This document shows, piece after piece, positions 52,346 through 64,000 of a stretch of DNA of 64,000 nt (the first letter of the stretch is position 1; each line of letters starts with the position of its first letter). Position numbers and translations under genes: made by a program. The DNA is from Octopus vulgaris (Eukaryota), in NCBI GenBank assembly GCA_951406725.2, contig OX597836.1, positions 43,214,001 to 43,278,000 of the forward strand, written 5' to 3'. A model generated the notes under the pieces. It did not search any database, had not been told where the DNA came from, and saw only the letters and a program-made list of their open reading frames with translations.

Positions 52346-53321
52346 GTTGATAAAATTGTCCATAGAATTAAGAGCTAGAAAAAATGGCTATGGAGACTAG
52401 ATCGAAGGCAGACTAGTGTCTGATTAAAAAGTAAGTGAGAGATATTTGGTTAAGCCAGACAATTTCAGAGACGCATTGCAAACGCTTATCAAAACATAAA
52501 TCTTGGTAGACAAGGGTAGGTAAGAAAAAGATAAACTGATAAAAAGATAAAAAAACGTTAGAAAGATGCGGTAATGCGCATTGTAAAGTGTGTCTGCCGC
52601 ATCGAATATAAAAATAAGTCACACGGGTGGAGATAAGAGACGTGACGTCATACTACTAAGAGAAGAAAGTGTAGTGACGCTATTCTGGAAGTTTTCAGCG
52701 CGCATGCGCAGAGTTGGATTACTTCCGGTAGGCCGCCGGGAGTTCCCTCATGCGCATGCGCAGAGAACTACCAACAGAAAGTTTTCCCGCTAGATCGTTT
52801 TTTTTTATGTAGCTGCAGCCCTATCGAGTGGACACGACTCAACCTTCTTTCAAGGGAAAACCTAACACGCAGAGAAGCCCCCTTCTACGCGGGAACGGAG
52901 ACAGCATTTTGGCTCACACAAGTTAACTATTGTGAATAGTTTTATGGACTTGGCTATCGGTTCGCCCTGAAGAAAATATATGTGTATATATTTTATTTGC
53001 GAATCCAGACAAAAATAATGTATTATTTATTGCTGTTGAAGATAGTCGAAGTTTTGGTTTTCCTTTCGACGAAATTGAATGTAACAGGATAAGGCCGACA
53101 CCCCTCAAGTGTTCCTGAGGCCTTCATCCAATTACAAAATAAAGGGGTAAACACCGATGGGGAGATGCTAAAGATGAGAAATCCCTAAATGTACCTAAAT
53201 AGCGGTAACTGGAATACGAGTGTTAAGGGGGAAGGATAATAGAAAAGGGATAGAGTGGTACAAGAAGGCTCCATTAGTTCGGTCAGAACATAATGATTTA
53301 TGGTAATAACAGAAAGTTTTG

Positions 53322-53740
53322 CAGGATTGGTTGTGTGGTAAGTAGCTTGCTTTCCAACCACTTGGTTCCGGGTTCAGTCCCACTGCATGGCACCTTGGGC
53401 AAGTGTCTTCTACTATAGCCTCGGGCCGACCAAAGCCTTGTGAGTGGATTTGGTAGACGGAAACTGAAAGAAGCCCGTCGTATATATGTATGTATATATA
53501 TATATGTATGTGTGTGTATATGTTTCTGTGTCTGTGTTTATCACCCCAAAATCGCTTGACAACGGATGGTGGTGTGTTTACGTCCCCGTAACTTAGCGGT
53601 TCAGCAAAAGAGGAACCGATAGAATAAATACTAGGTTTACAAAGAATAAGTCCTGGGGTCGATTTGCTCAACTAAAGACGATGCTCCAGCATGGCCACAG
53701 TCAAGTGACTGAAACAAGTAAAAGAGTAAAAGAGTAAATA
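53322..53740 (+). mobile_element. SINE family A
   Basis: Match to the family consensus. Confidence 0.85.
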
Positions 53741-53789
53741 AGTGACAAAATAAGGTAATTAAGAGCGAAGTCTTCAGCAATAGGAGCGT

Positions 53790-53883
53790 TTGAACCAAAC
53801 TTTGAAGAAAAATAGACCCGCTTTAGTGAATCGAAAAGGAGTGATGTTTCATCAGGACAATGCGTGACCCCACACTGCAAAGA
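53790..53883 (+). pseudogene. Short mariner transposase fragment
   Basis: LKKNRPALVNRKGVMFHQDNA*PHTAK. Confidence 0.7.
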
Positions 53884-53897
53884 TCTCTCTCTATCTC

Positions 53898-53940
<43 letters not shown>

Positions 53941-54368
53941 CCCTCTCTCTCTCTCCCTATCTCTCTCTCACTCTCTCTCTCTCACTCTTTCACTCTCACA
54001 CGAAGTGCCGTGAACCGTGCATGAAACGTTACCTGGCCATAAAAGCGGGCTTTGCAGCCACGTTCCTTCGACTGGAGTCTCACTGGGTGGGATCTTGGGC
54101 TTAACGTCTTTCTGCTCTAGCAATGAGCTGATCAATGTTTTGGGAGCCAAATTGGTGAACGGATACAGGGCGAAAGTTAATCGTGTATACTCACACACAC
54201 TCACACACACACATGTATGTATGTATGTATGTATGTATGTATGTGTGTGTATGTATATATGTATGTATATATATATATGTATGTATGTGTGTGTGCATGT
54301 ATGTATGTATGTATGTATTGTTATACTTCGGGATGGTGTTTTCTTCCTTTTTGCTAAATAAACAGACG

Positions 54369-54444
<76 letters not shown>

Positions 54445-54856
54445 GTTCTTCACTCGTTTATTATCGTTCTTACTTTATCTTATATCCAAGATAAAATAAG
54501 AACAGAAATAAACGAGTGAAGAACAAATATACAGTGCGTGTGTTTATTTGGCCAAAAAAATGACCATCCCGAAATACAACAATATCTGTTTCAACACGCC
54601 ATTTCACACCACAGGAATCATACAACACAATTTCATAAACGTACGGTGCTCTGGGGACAACTCCCCCATAGCATTGGTGTCATGTGTCATTGACTTTCGG
54701 GGGTTTTAACACCCAGTGCTTCTCCAGAGCGCTGTGAGGCAGCGAACCCCGGCGAACAGGCGAAACACTTACATTGAACATGTGCAGTCGATAACGCTTA
54801 AGTTTGTATGTATGTGTGTATGTGTGTGCGAGTGTGTGTACATATATGTATATATA

Positions 54857-54887
<31 letters not shown>

Positions 54888-54925
54888 ATGTATGTATGTA
54901 TGCATGCATGTATGTATGTATGTAT

Positions 54926-55310
54926 ACTCTCTTTTACTTGTTTCAGTCATTTGACTGCGGCCATACTAGAGCACCGCTTTTTAGTCGAGCAAATCGACCC
55001 CAGGACTTATTATTTGTAAACCTAGTACTTATTCTATCGGTCTCTTTTGCCGAACCGTTAAGTAACGGGGACGTAAACACACCACCATCAGTTGTCAAGT
55101 GATGTTGGGGGGACAAACACACACACACATATATATACATATATACGACGGGCTTCTTTCAGTTTCCGTCTACCAAATCCACTCACAAGGCTTTGGTCGG
55201 CCCGAGGCTATAGTAGAAGACACTTGCCCAAGGTGTCACGCAGTGGGAATGAACCCAGAACCATGTGCTTAGTAAGCAAGCTACTTACCACACAGCCACT
55301 CCTGCGCCTA
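54926..55310 (-). mobile_element. SINE family A
   Basis: Match to the family consensus. Confidence 0.85.
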
Positions 55311-55679
55311 TGTATGTCTATGCAAATATATTTGTGTTGTCACCCCACCATCCCTGGACAATCGGCAAATTGCTTGTTTACATCTCTGTAACTGAGCGGT
55401 TCGGTAAAAGAGACCGACAGAATAAGTACCAAATTTTAAACAAATAAATAACGGGGACGATTTGCTCGACTACGCCCTTCATGATGACGCCTCTGGATGG
55501 CCGCCGTACAATGACAGAAGCAAATGAAAAACTATATGAGAAGATATTCCTTTGGCGGAAATAAATTCTACCGTTTAAATCATAGCAGAGATCAATATTG
55601 GAACTAGTTGTACCAAACTGATTTCTGCTGCTTTCACTCTTGTTCTACCTAAATGTTCCAGAAAGAAATAAGATTATAT

Positions 55680-57255
55680 AAGCTATATATGCTGCAGAAA
55701 ATCACTACACAACAGTCAACTGTTATTAAGTAAGTACTTGGGGACAGCGTTATCGATCGGGCCATTATCAGTTACTCTTTTACTCTTTACTCTTTTACTT
55801 GTTTCAGTCATTTGACTGCGGCCATGCTGGAGCACCGCCTTTAGTCGAGCAAATCGACCCCGGGACATTATTCTTTTTGTAAGCCCAGTACTTATTCTAT
55901 CGGTCTCTTTTTGCCGAACCGCTAAGTGACGGGGACGTAAACACACCAGCATCGGTTGTCAAGCAATGCTAGGGGGACAAACACAGACACACACACACAC
56001 ACACATACACATACATATATATATATATACATATATACGATAGGCTTCTTTCAGTTTCCGTCTACCAAATCCACTCACAAGGCTTTGGTCAGCCTGAGGC
56101 TATAGCAGAAGACACTTGCCCAAGATGCCACGCAGTGGGACTGAACCCGCAACCATGTGGTTGGTTAGCAAGCTACTTACCACACAGCCACTCCCGCGCC
56201 TTACCACACAGCCCACTCCCGTTAAGAACTTCTTCATAGTAATACACCGTTAAAATAGAAGTATGGTTTGTTGAATGGTCCCGGCATTTATCTGGAGTCC
56301 TAAGTTAGGAATTGAACTCTACTATCGACGTATTACTGGATTTTAGTGCAGATTCTAATCTGTATTTATTCGGCTTACTGTTACAAATTTCGGCTTACTT
56401 ACTGTCACAGATTTATGCCCATAGTATCATGTCGAGTGAGAAGACATGTCTTTCAATGAATTATCGTTTCAATGAATTATCTGAGAAGTGATCTTTAAAA
56501 GCCACTAAGGACTCATGAAGCATTTACATTCAGAATTCATACTGGAGCGTCTCCAGAACTAAAAAGTATGTAAGCTTGTAATCTTTATATATAAAAGAGA
56601 GGTTGTGTGTCTGTCTCCTACGATTTAGATTCCTAACTACTCCCACATTTTGCGGTACAGTTTAACCAAAACCAGGGTATCTTATAGTCGTGATTCATAT
56701 CGAGCCCTTCTGGGTATTAGCGCGCGTCTACGATGAGTCTACGATTTTTAAAAAAAATTACCATCATTTTTTTCCATTTTAATGCATTTTTTTCGCTATT
56801 ATATAAAGGAAGTAACTCTCTAAAAATATCTACGATGAGTCTACGATTAAAAAAAAATTTAACATCATTTTTTTTTCCATTTTTAATGCATTTTTTTGCT
56901 ATTTTTTGGCTATAACTCTCTAAAAATGCTTATATAGTTATTTCCCTTACAAACCCAAGCAACGCCGGGCGATACTGCTAGTTCTAAATAAAACGAGTAA
57001 CAAAGTAAACATCACGTTTTTGCATTTGGTTTGCAAGATTCTTTATGCGAGTTCGTGTGTTGAAGCATATTCTGTTGTGTCTGGGGAGAGTCATTTTCTT
57101 TTTGTGCCTTATAATTTAACACTCACCGGTAAAATTTCCACTTATTCCTCATTTTTATTTTTCTAAAATTTTCGTTGCGTCTTGAAACTTTTTCAGTAGT
57201 CAAAACTATTATAAGGCACAAAAAGAAAATGACTCTCCCCAGACACCACAGAATA
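55680..57255 (-). repeat. Inverted paralogous copy of 20600-21775 with independent TE insertions
   Basis: Collinear reverse-complement blocks, e.g. AGTAGAGTTCAATTCCTAACTTAGGACTCCAGATAAATGCC and CAAGTACTTACTTAATAACAG. Contains a family A SINE (55775-56220) and a Helitron that the other copy lacks. Confidence 0.88.
56582..56981 (+). mobile_element. Non-autonomous Helitron H1 with paralogous empty site
   Basis: A|TC ... CTAG|T. The empty site GCTTGTAA|TTCTAAATA is seen (reverse) at ~20908-20924, confirming A/T insertion without TSD. Confidence 0.92.
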
Positions 57256-57465
57256 AGATTGCTATGTTTCTTGAAAATACCACAGCGCCATCTATACGTC
57301 CTCAGTAATAGTAGCAGCGTAAAGAACTATGTTCAGTTAGCGTTAAGGCTTTTCCGTCTTCACAAAGTTCATCGTGGTAGAGAAAAAGAAATAGCTACCA
57401 TTAAGAATCGAACCCGTGTCGTAAACTTATGTCACGGGGATAGTACCTATGACATTGACTACGTC

Positions 57466-57755
57466 TCTTTCTCTCTCACTCTCTCTCTCTCTCTATCTCT
57501 CTCTATCTCACTCACTCACTCTCTTTCTCCCTCTCCCTCTTTCTCCCTCTCTCTCTTTCTCCCTCTCTCTCTTTCTCCCTTTCTCTCTCTCACTCTCTTT
57601 CTCCCTCTCCCTCTTTCTCCCTCTCTCTCTTTCTCCCTCTCTCTCACTCACTCTCTTTCATCCTCCCCCTCTTTCTCCCTCTCTCCCCTTTCTCCCTCTC
57701 TCTCTTTCTCCCCCCCTCTCTCTCTCTTCTCTCACACTTACACACACAGGCACTT

Positions 57756-57789
<34 letters not shown>

Positions 57790-57790
57790 C
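57466..57790. repeat. (CT)-rich polypyrimidine tract followed by (CA)n
   Basis: Direct reading. Confidence 0.9.
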
Positions 57791-58464
57791 ATATGTAGGT
57801 ACGTACGCTTATTCATCCTCACAGACGTACATGTGTGTGTACATATGCCGGTATTCGTCTATATGTACACGTTTACGCATGCAGTCAGAAAGACATACAA
57901 ACAGAACAAGAAAGAAAGAAAGAAAGAAAGAAAGAAGGAAGGAAAAGAAAGACAAAGGTGGGAGCGAGACAAAAATGTGCTCCATAATGCTTACGACATG
58001 AAAACCGCTGTTGACAAGTTTACGAAATTCTGTCGCCATCAGGTGAACTAAAGTGGCTTTGACAAGACAATTCCGTTCTCAAGGAGCGACGTCAAACAGT
58101 GTGAATTTTGGTGGCGTAAGCAATGGCACTGAAGTGGGAACGGGGTGTAGTCCGGGTGTTGACTAAAGTGTAATCACAAAGACCAGAAATAGAATGGTAA
58201 AAGGTGGGGGCGGGAATTTAAAGAGGGCTTTCATTTAAATTGTAAAACAATTTATTTTTTTTCTATGCCAACAAAATTTTCCTCTCTCTCTCTCTCTTTC
58301 TCTCTTTCTTTCTACCTCTCATACTCTCTCTCTCTCTTTCTCTCCGTCTCTCTCTCTTTCCCCGTCTCATATGTGTGTGTGAGAGGTGCATGTGTGTGTA
58401 TGTACGCGTATACATACATACACATATATATATATATGTATATATATTTCTTTACGCGCATACT

Positions 58465-58531
<67 letters not shown>

Positions 58532-58715
58532 TACTTATATAATATGTGTGCATGTCTATCTATATGTATGTGTGCTTGTGTGTATGTGTACATATATACA
58601 TATGTGTGTGTTTGTGTATTAATATTTTATAAGATTTAAGCTGATAAAATGTTATTTACAGAATTTTAAAACTCGGCACCGCTGTAGATATTCAAAATCC
58701 CATATATATATATAT

Positions 58716-59018
58716 CACGTGACCGACCAGGCTATCAGATGTTCTTACACATCGCTGGTCACAATGCGCTTTGCATTGTTTTAGCCTTCAAATGACGCCA
58801 CCCCACTGGCTAAGCGAGCAAACCAACAGAAGAAAGAGTGAGAGAAATTTCTGGTGAAAGAGTACAGCAGGGATCGCCACCACCCAGCCCCCTGCCGGAG
58901 TCTCGTGGAGCTTTAGGTGTTTTCGCTGAAAAAATACTCACAACGCTCGTTCTGGGAATCAAAACCGCGATCCTACGACCGCGAGTCCGCTGCCCTAACC
59001 ACTGGACCATTGCGCCTC

Positions 59019-59020
<2 letters not shown>
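58716..59020 (-). mobile_element. SINE family B, tail variant 3
   Basis: Family B head and body with a tail ending CTGGTCGGTCACGTGA. An isolated copy of this tail is at ~5080-5190. Confidence 0.85.
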
Positions 59021-59078
<58 letters not shown>

Positions 59079-59800
59079 TACATACATACATACATACATA
59101 CATACATACATACATACATACATACATACACACAGAGCGAGAGAGACAGAGAGATTATCTACAGATCTTATAAAGTAGTCAGATAGTGGGTTGCTAAATT
59201 TGTTTGTGCTATTTTTGCGTCTCTTCATTAATTTAACCGTACATATCTTATGTACAATACAGAATGCTTCAGAAAGGCTGCAAGGCATTTAAATTTTAGA
59301 GAGTCTAGCACTGAGAGGAACGACATTATAATCAATGCGTAGTAAGAGAAAAAAGCGAGTCTCCAAACGGACCGTTTGACGGTTTGCTGGCCGCTCCTCA
59401 GAGAACACGTACCTGCCCAATCAATACAATCGACAGCGCTTAATTTTATATTTTATTATTTGGAGCGGGGGCGATTGAATAAGTACCAGCTGAGCACTGG
59501 GGTCGATTTAATCCGACTTGCCCACTTCCTCGAAATTGCTGGCCTTGTTGGTGTGTCTACGTCCTCGTAATCTAGCGGTTCGGCAACAGCTACCGATAGA
59601 ATAAGTATTAGGCTTACAAAGAATAAATCCTAGGGTCGATTTGTTCGACTAAATCTTTTAAGGTGATGCCCCAGCATGGCCCGAGTATAATGAATGAAAC
59701 AAATAAAACAAATAAAAGATACACACACGCACACACATGTTTGGCCACTCACCCTTTGCTCAGCAGTGGTGGCCATTATCGTTGTCGTCGTTATTGATGT

Positions 59801-59844
<44 letters not shown>

Positions 59845-60480
59845 GTGATGATGATGGCGATGATGATGGCGATGATGATGATAATGATGATAATGATGAT
59901 GATGATGAGGAGGATGATGATGACGATGGCGATGATGATGGTGATGGTGATGATGATGATGATGATGATGATAACGATGGCGATGATGATGATGAGGATG
60001 ATGATGGTGGTGGTGATGATGATGATGATGATGATGGTGGTGATGAATGATGATGATGAGAGATTGTTGATGATTTGTTTTTTAAATAGCATTGAAAATG
60101 AATAAATAAAATTAAAATAAAAAGAAACAATTAATTAAAAGCAAATGATTGATTGAAAGAAAATAGACATTATTGTTTTACAAAGTAATTAAAATAGTCT
60201 GATGTCAGTGCCATGTCTAATTTGCGGTAATAAGATTCTCCACTACTACTGCCACGGCTCCTACCCTCTACAGGGCGCGCACTGGAAGGCCGCCCCGAAT
60301 TCAAAGCCTAATAAAAGAAAAACAAACACACACATGAAGATATAACAAATGCACGATGCCCTCCACTCCAGGCCATGGTGGGTTACTCTCTGAAACAGAG
60401 AAACAAAATGGTATTTAAGGACCTTCATGGAAATACAAAGTGTTTTCATTCATCTTCATGTGCTTGTTTTTTTACCAGGT

Positions 60481-60890
60481 AGGCGCAGGAGTGGCTGTGT
60501 GGTAAGTAGCTTGCTAACCAGCCACATGGTTCCGGGTTCAGTCCCACTGCGTGACACCTTGGGCAAGTGTCTTCGGCTATAGCCCCGGGCCGACCAATGC
60601 CTTGTGAGTGGATTTGGTAGACGGAAACTGAAAGAAGCCCGTCGTATATATATATATATATATATGTATGCGTGTGTGTGTTTGTGTGTCTGTGTTTGTC
60701 CCCCTAGCATTGCTTGACAACCGATGCTGGTGTGTTTATGTCCCCGTTTACTTAGCGGTTCAGTAAAAGAGACCGATAGAATAAGTACTGGGCTTACAAA
60801 AGAATAAGTCCCGGGGTCGATTTGCTCGACTAAAGGCGGTGCTCCAGTATGGCCGCAGTCAAATGATTGAAACAAGTAAAAAAAAAAAGA
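60481..60890 (+). mobile_element. SINE family A
   Basis: Match to the family consensus. Confidence 0.88.
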
Positions 60891-60966
60891 AAAGAAAAAA
60901 AATTTGAAATCAGGGCGGCCTTTCAGTCGCTCCCTGTATTATTGCTGTTGCTACTATTACTTCTGC

Positions 60967-61009
<43 letters not shown>

Positions 61010-61436
61010 GGCATTTTGCTACAAGGTCAGCAATTATAGAGGAGTGTTCAGCTGGTACTTATTTTGTCCACCCCGAAAGGATAAAAGGCAAAGTCGTCCT
61101 CAGCGGAATTTGAACTCAACAATCCCTATCATAGAGGGCGCATTGGGTTTTACTTTTTCACTTGTTTTAGTCATTTGACTGTGGCCATGCTGGAGTACCG
61201 CCTTTAGTCGAGCAAATCGACCCCAGAACTTATTCTTTGTAAGCTTAGTACTTATTCTATCGTTCTTTTTTGCCGAACCGCTAGGTTACGGGGACGTAAA
61301 CACACCCACAAGAGTAAACAAGAGAGACAGAGACAGGCAGAAATAAGGAAAATGCCACTTGTATTTGAACACTATACAAATATTCTTTTAAAAAACTTTT
61401 GTTTTAATTTTTCAAAATTTAATTATTTAATTGTTA

Positions 61437-61472
61437 CGGTTGAAAAAGTCTTAATGACTGGAACCGGTACTG
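61437..61472 (+). ncRNA. Hammerhead-like motif with U3-A8 core, probably inactive (GGAA for GAAA)
   Basis: CGG-UUGAAAA-AGUC(UUAAU)GACU-GGA-AC(CG)GU-A-CUG. Confidence 0.45.
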
Positions 61473-61559
61473 AAATGTTTTTTAATAAAATTACTTTAGC
61501 ATTTTCTATCTTGACTTTTTTGTTCCTTTTCATCCTTATAAATATATATAACTAAATAA

Positions 61560-61640
<81 letters not shown>

Positions 61641-61645
<5 letters not shown>

Positions 61646-61835
61646 TTACGAAAATAAACAAAAGACGAAAGGCCGGTGAAGTACAAACAAACAAATGTAT
61701 TAGTATAGCGCTCAGGAATAGAAAAAGTCTTTTACGTTTCGATCCTACGCTCTTCGACAGAAAGATACATAGAAAAGGAGAGAAACAAGGAGAGAAAAAA
61801 TGCGTGTAGGAGCTAACGATCTATCATGACGTCCT
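61641..61835 (-). mobile_element. Penelope-like pLTR fragment with A6U hammerhead motif
   Basis: Homologous to 4829-5060. Motif at 61728-61765(-). Confidence 0.65.
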
Positions 61836-61837
61836 GA

Positions 61838-61884
<47 letters not shown>

Positions 61885-62339
61885 TTATTTATTTATATTT
61901 ATCCTTTCAGTATTTGGGGACAAATGTCTCAGAGTGCGTTCATAAAAGCTCCTATGAATCTATATATATCATAAAGAAGACTGGAGAATTATACTCCTTC
62001 AGAATTTATTTATTAAACTATTTTTCTCTCCCAAGTACCAATCCAACACGCGCGTCAGCTGGACAAGTATCCCGGTGTCCTTTAACGCCGCAACTATGTG
62101 CTTTTAGTTAATTTTAATTTAAATCAGTCGCACTACATATTCATCCAAGGTATACACGTTCTTATACAGTTTCGTTCAAGTTTTTACCCATGCGGGTGGA
62201 TGAAGCGAGATGAAGATTTAAAGTATTAGACAGTTCCTCTGGAAGTACATCCTCGGTGAGAGAAAATAAAACCTCAGTGTATAGAACAGTAGAGGTTGCG
62301 TTGAAATACGATATGACTTAGAATAGACATTATTTAGAT

Positions 62340-62678
62340 CATTGGTTTTCAACTAGGGTTCCGCGGAACCTTAGGGTTCCGCAAGAAGTTACAAAACTGC
62401 TAAAATCGGCAGTAATTTTTAATTCTCCTGTGCAGATATTACTCTTTTACTCTTTTACTTGTTTCAGGCATTTGACTGCGGCCATGCTGGAGCACCGCCT
62501 TTAGTCGAGGAAATCGACCCCGGGACTTATTCTTTGTAAGCCCAGTACTTATTCTATCGGTCTCATTTGCCGAACCGCTAAGTGTGCATAAGACAATTAA
62601 ATTATTGCACAGGGGTTCCTCGAGCCAGTGGAATGTTTCCTTGGGGTTCCGCTCCAGCAAAAAGTTTGAAAAGCACTG
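62340..62678. mobile_element. hAT MITE (reverse copy of 33053-33252) with an inserted family A SINE 3' fragment (62439-62582)
   Basis: TSD (A/T)TTTAGAT. The uninterrupted copy at 33053 shows the empty site. Confidence 0.85.
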
Positions 62679-62891
62679 TTTTAGATATTAAGGGAACACT
62701 GGTAGAAGGAAAAAACCTTCACTACGTATGGATGTATTCACATCACCGACTTCTCATAGTGAGGATGATAGATTCTATATAAGATGTATGGACAGGTTTA
62801 AAAGGAAACCAAAGAAAGAGGAAATAAATATCGTTTTCTTTTGGGTAATCAGACTGATTCGTAGCAATAAAGTTTTATAGTTTATTGAAAT

Positions 62892-63347
62892 CAAGCAGTA
62901 TCGCCCGGCGTTGCTCGGGTTTGTAAGGGATATGACTATATAAGCATTTTTAGAGAGTTATAGCCAAAAAGAGATATATGTAATTTTTTTTATCGTTGAC
63001 TCATCGAGACATAGAGAGTTACTCCTATATAATTGCGAAAATGCATTAAATTGGGAAGAAATGATGGTAAATTTGTTTTTAAATTGTAGACTCATCGTAG
63101 ACATTTTTAGAGAGTTACTTCCCTTATATAATAGCGAAAAAATGCATTAAAAATGCGGAAAAAATGATGGTAAATTTTTTTTTAATCGTAGACTCATCGT
63201 AGACGCGCGCTAATACCCAAAAGGGCTCGATATGAATCACGACTATAAGATACCCGGTTTTGGTAACACTGCACCGCAAAATGTGGGAGTAGTTAGGAAT
63301 CTAAATCGTAGGAGACAGACACACAACTTCACTTTTATATATAAAGA
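62892..63347 (-). mobile_element. Non-autonomous Helitron H1
   Basis: Reverse copy of 56582-56981 with extra internal tandem units. 3' end CTTG. Confidence 0.85.
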
Positions 63348-63448
63348 TTAGAAGTCTAGTATTGAGAATGATCAGGTAAGTTGAAATTTTAACTATATTT
63401 TGGTTCAATTCATAAATATCTATATCATTGTGAGGTTTGGAGCAAACT

Positions 63449-63869
63449 TACTCTTTTACTTGTTTCAGTCATTTGACTGCGGCCATGCTGGAGCACCGCC
63501 TTTTAGTCGAGCAAATCGACCCCAGGACTTATTCTTTGTAAAAGCCTAGTACTTATTCTATTGGTCTCTTTTGCCGAACCGCAACATTACGGGGACGTAA
63601 ACAGACCAGCATCGGTTGTCAAGCGATGTTGGTGCGGACAAACACAGATACACAAATATATACACACACATACATATATATATATATATACATATATATA
63701 CATGACTGGTTTCTTATGTAGTTTCCTTCTACCAAATCCACTCACAAGGCATTGGTCGGCCCGAGGCTATAGTAGAAGACACTTGCCCAAGGTGCCAAGC
63801 AGTGGGACTGAACCCTGAACCATGTGACTGGTAAGCAAGCTACTTACCACACAGCCACTCCTGCGCCTA
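63449..63869 (-). mobile_element. SINE family A
   Basis: Match to the family consensus. Confidence 0.85.
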
Positions 63870-64000
63870 TTTGTTAAAATCTAAAGTAAATTTGCGATTA
63901 TTTGACGAGGTTAACTTTTGTCTAAGTGATTTCTTATTAAAAGCCCTTATTTGGAAAAGTCTTAAACACTTATCGGAAAGAATATGCACATTTTACTGTT

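Noticed and set aside
53033-53087. Possible hammerhead CTG-TTGAAGA-TA-GTCGAAG...TTTCGAC-GAAA...GTA-ACAG
   Set aside because: U3 with G8, extra bases before stem II and poor stem III pairing. Too degenerate to call.
54735-54775. CTGTGAGGC...GGCGAAAC, possible hammerhead or HDV-like ribozyme
   Set aside because: Core incomplete, and I could not assemble convincing stems or a pseudoknot by eye.
63336-63378. TATATAAA from the Helitron end followed by CAG|GTAAGT, possible first exon of a fourth gene
   Set aside because: No homology to the other first exons and no downstream coding exon in the window. Could be chance.

Overview
AT-rich, microsatellite-dense eukaryotic DNA. The SINE families, Penelope-like relics and gene content point to a cephalopod, most likely an octopus (inference). 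The only credible host genes are three secreted His/Gly-rich structural-protein genes that resemble squid histidine-rich beak proteins: 2949-3731 (-), 19155-19973 (+) and the more diverged 46591-47223 (+). Each has one coding exon preceded by a splice acceptor. I could locate matching 31-nt non-coding first exons with TATA/Inr and a conserved ~250-bp promoter for the first two, and a candidate for the third. The rest is transposon-derived: three tRNA-derived SINE families, Helitrons, mariner/Tc1/Tigger/hAT relics, LINE fragments and many Penelope-like pieces, often as palindromes. The most striking hidden signal is more than a dozen type I hammerhead-ribozyme motifs. They include a 3 x 195-bp retrozyme-like tandem array with one perfect ribozyme, several variants carrying the compensatory U3-A8 core, and a four-copy family with an A6U core. 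Most ORFs in the supplied track are microsatellite or SINE artefacts. All alignments and folds were done by eye, so element boundaries are approximate unless a TSD or terminus is quoted.
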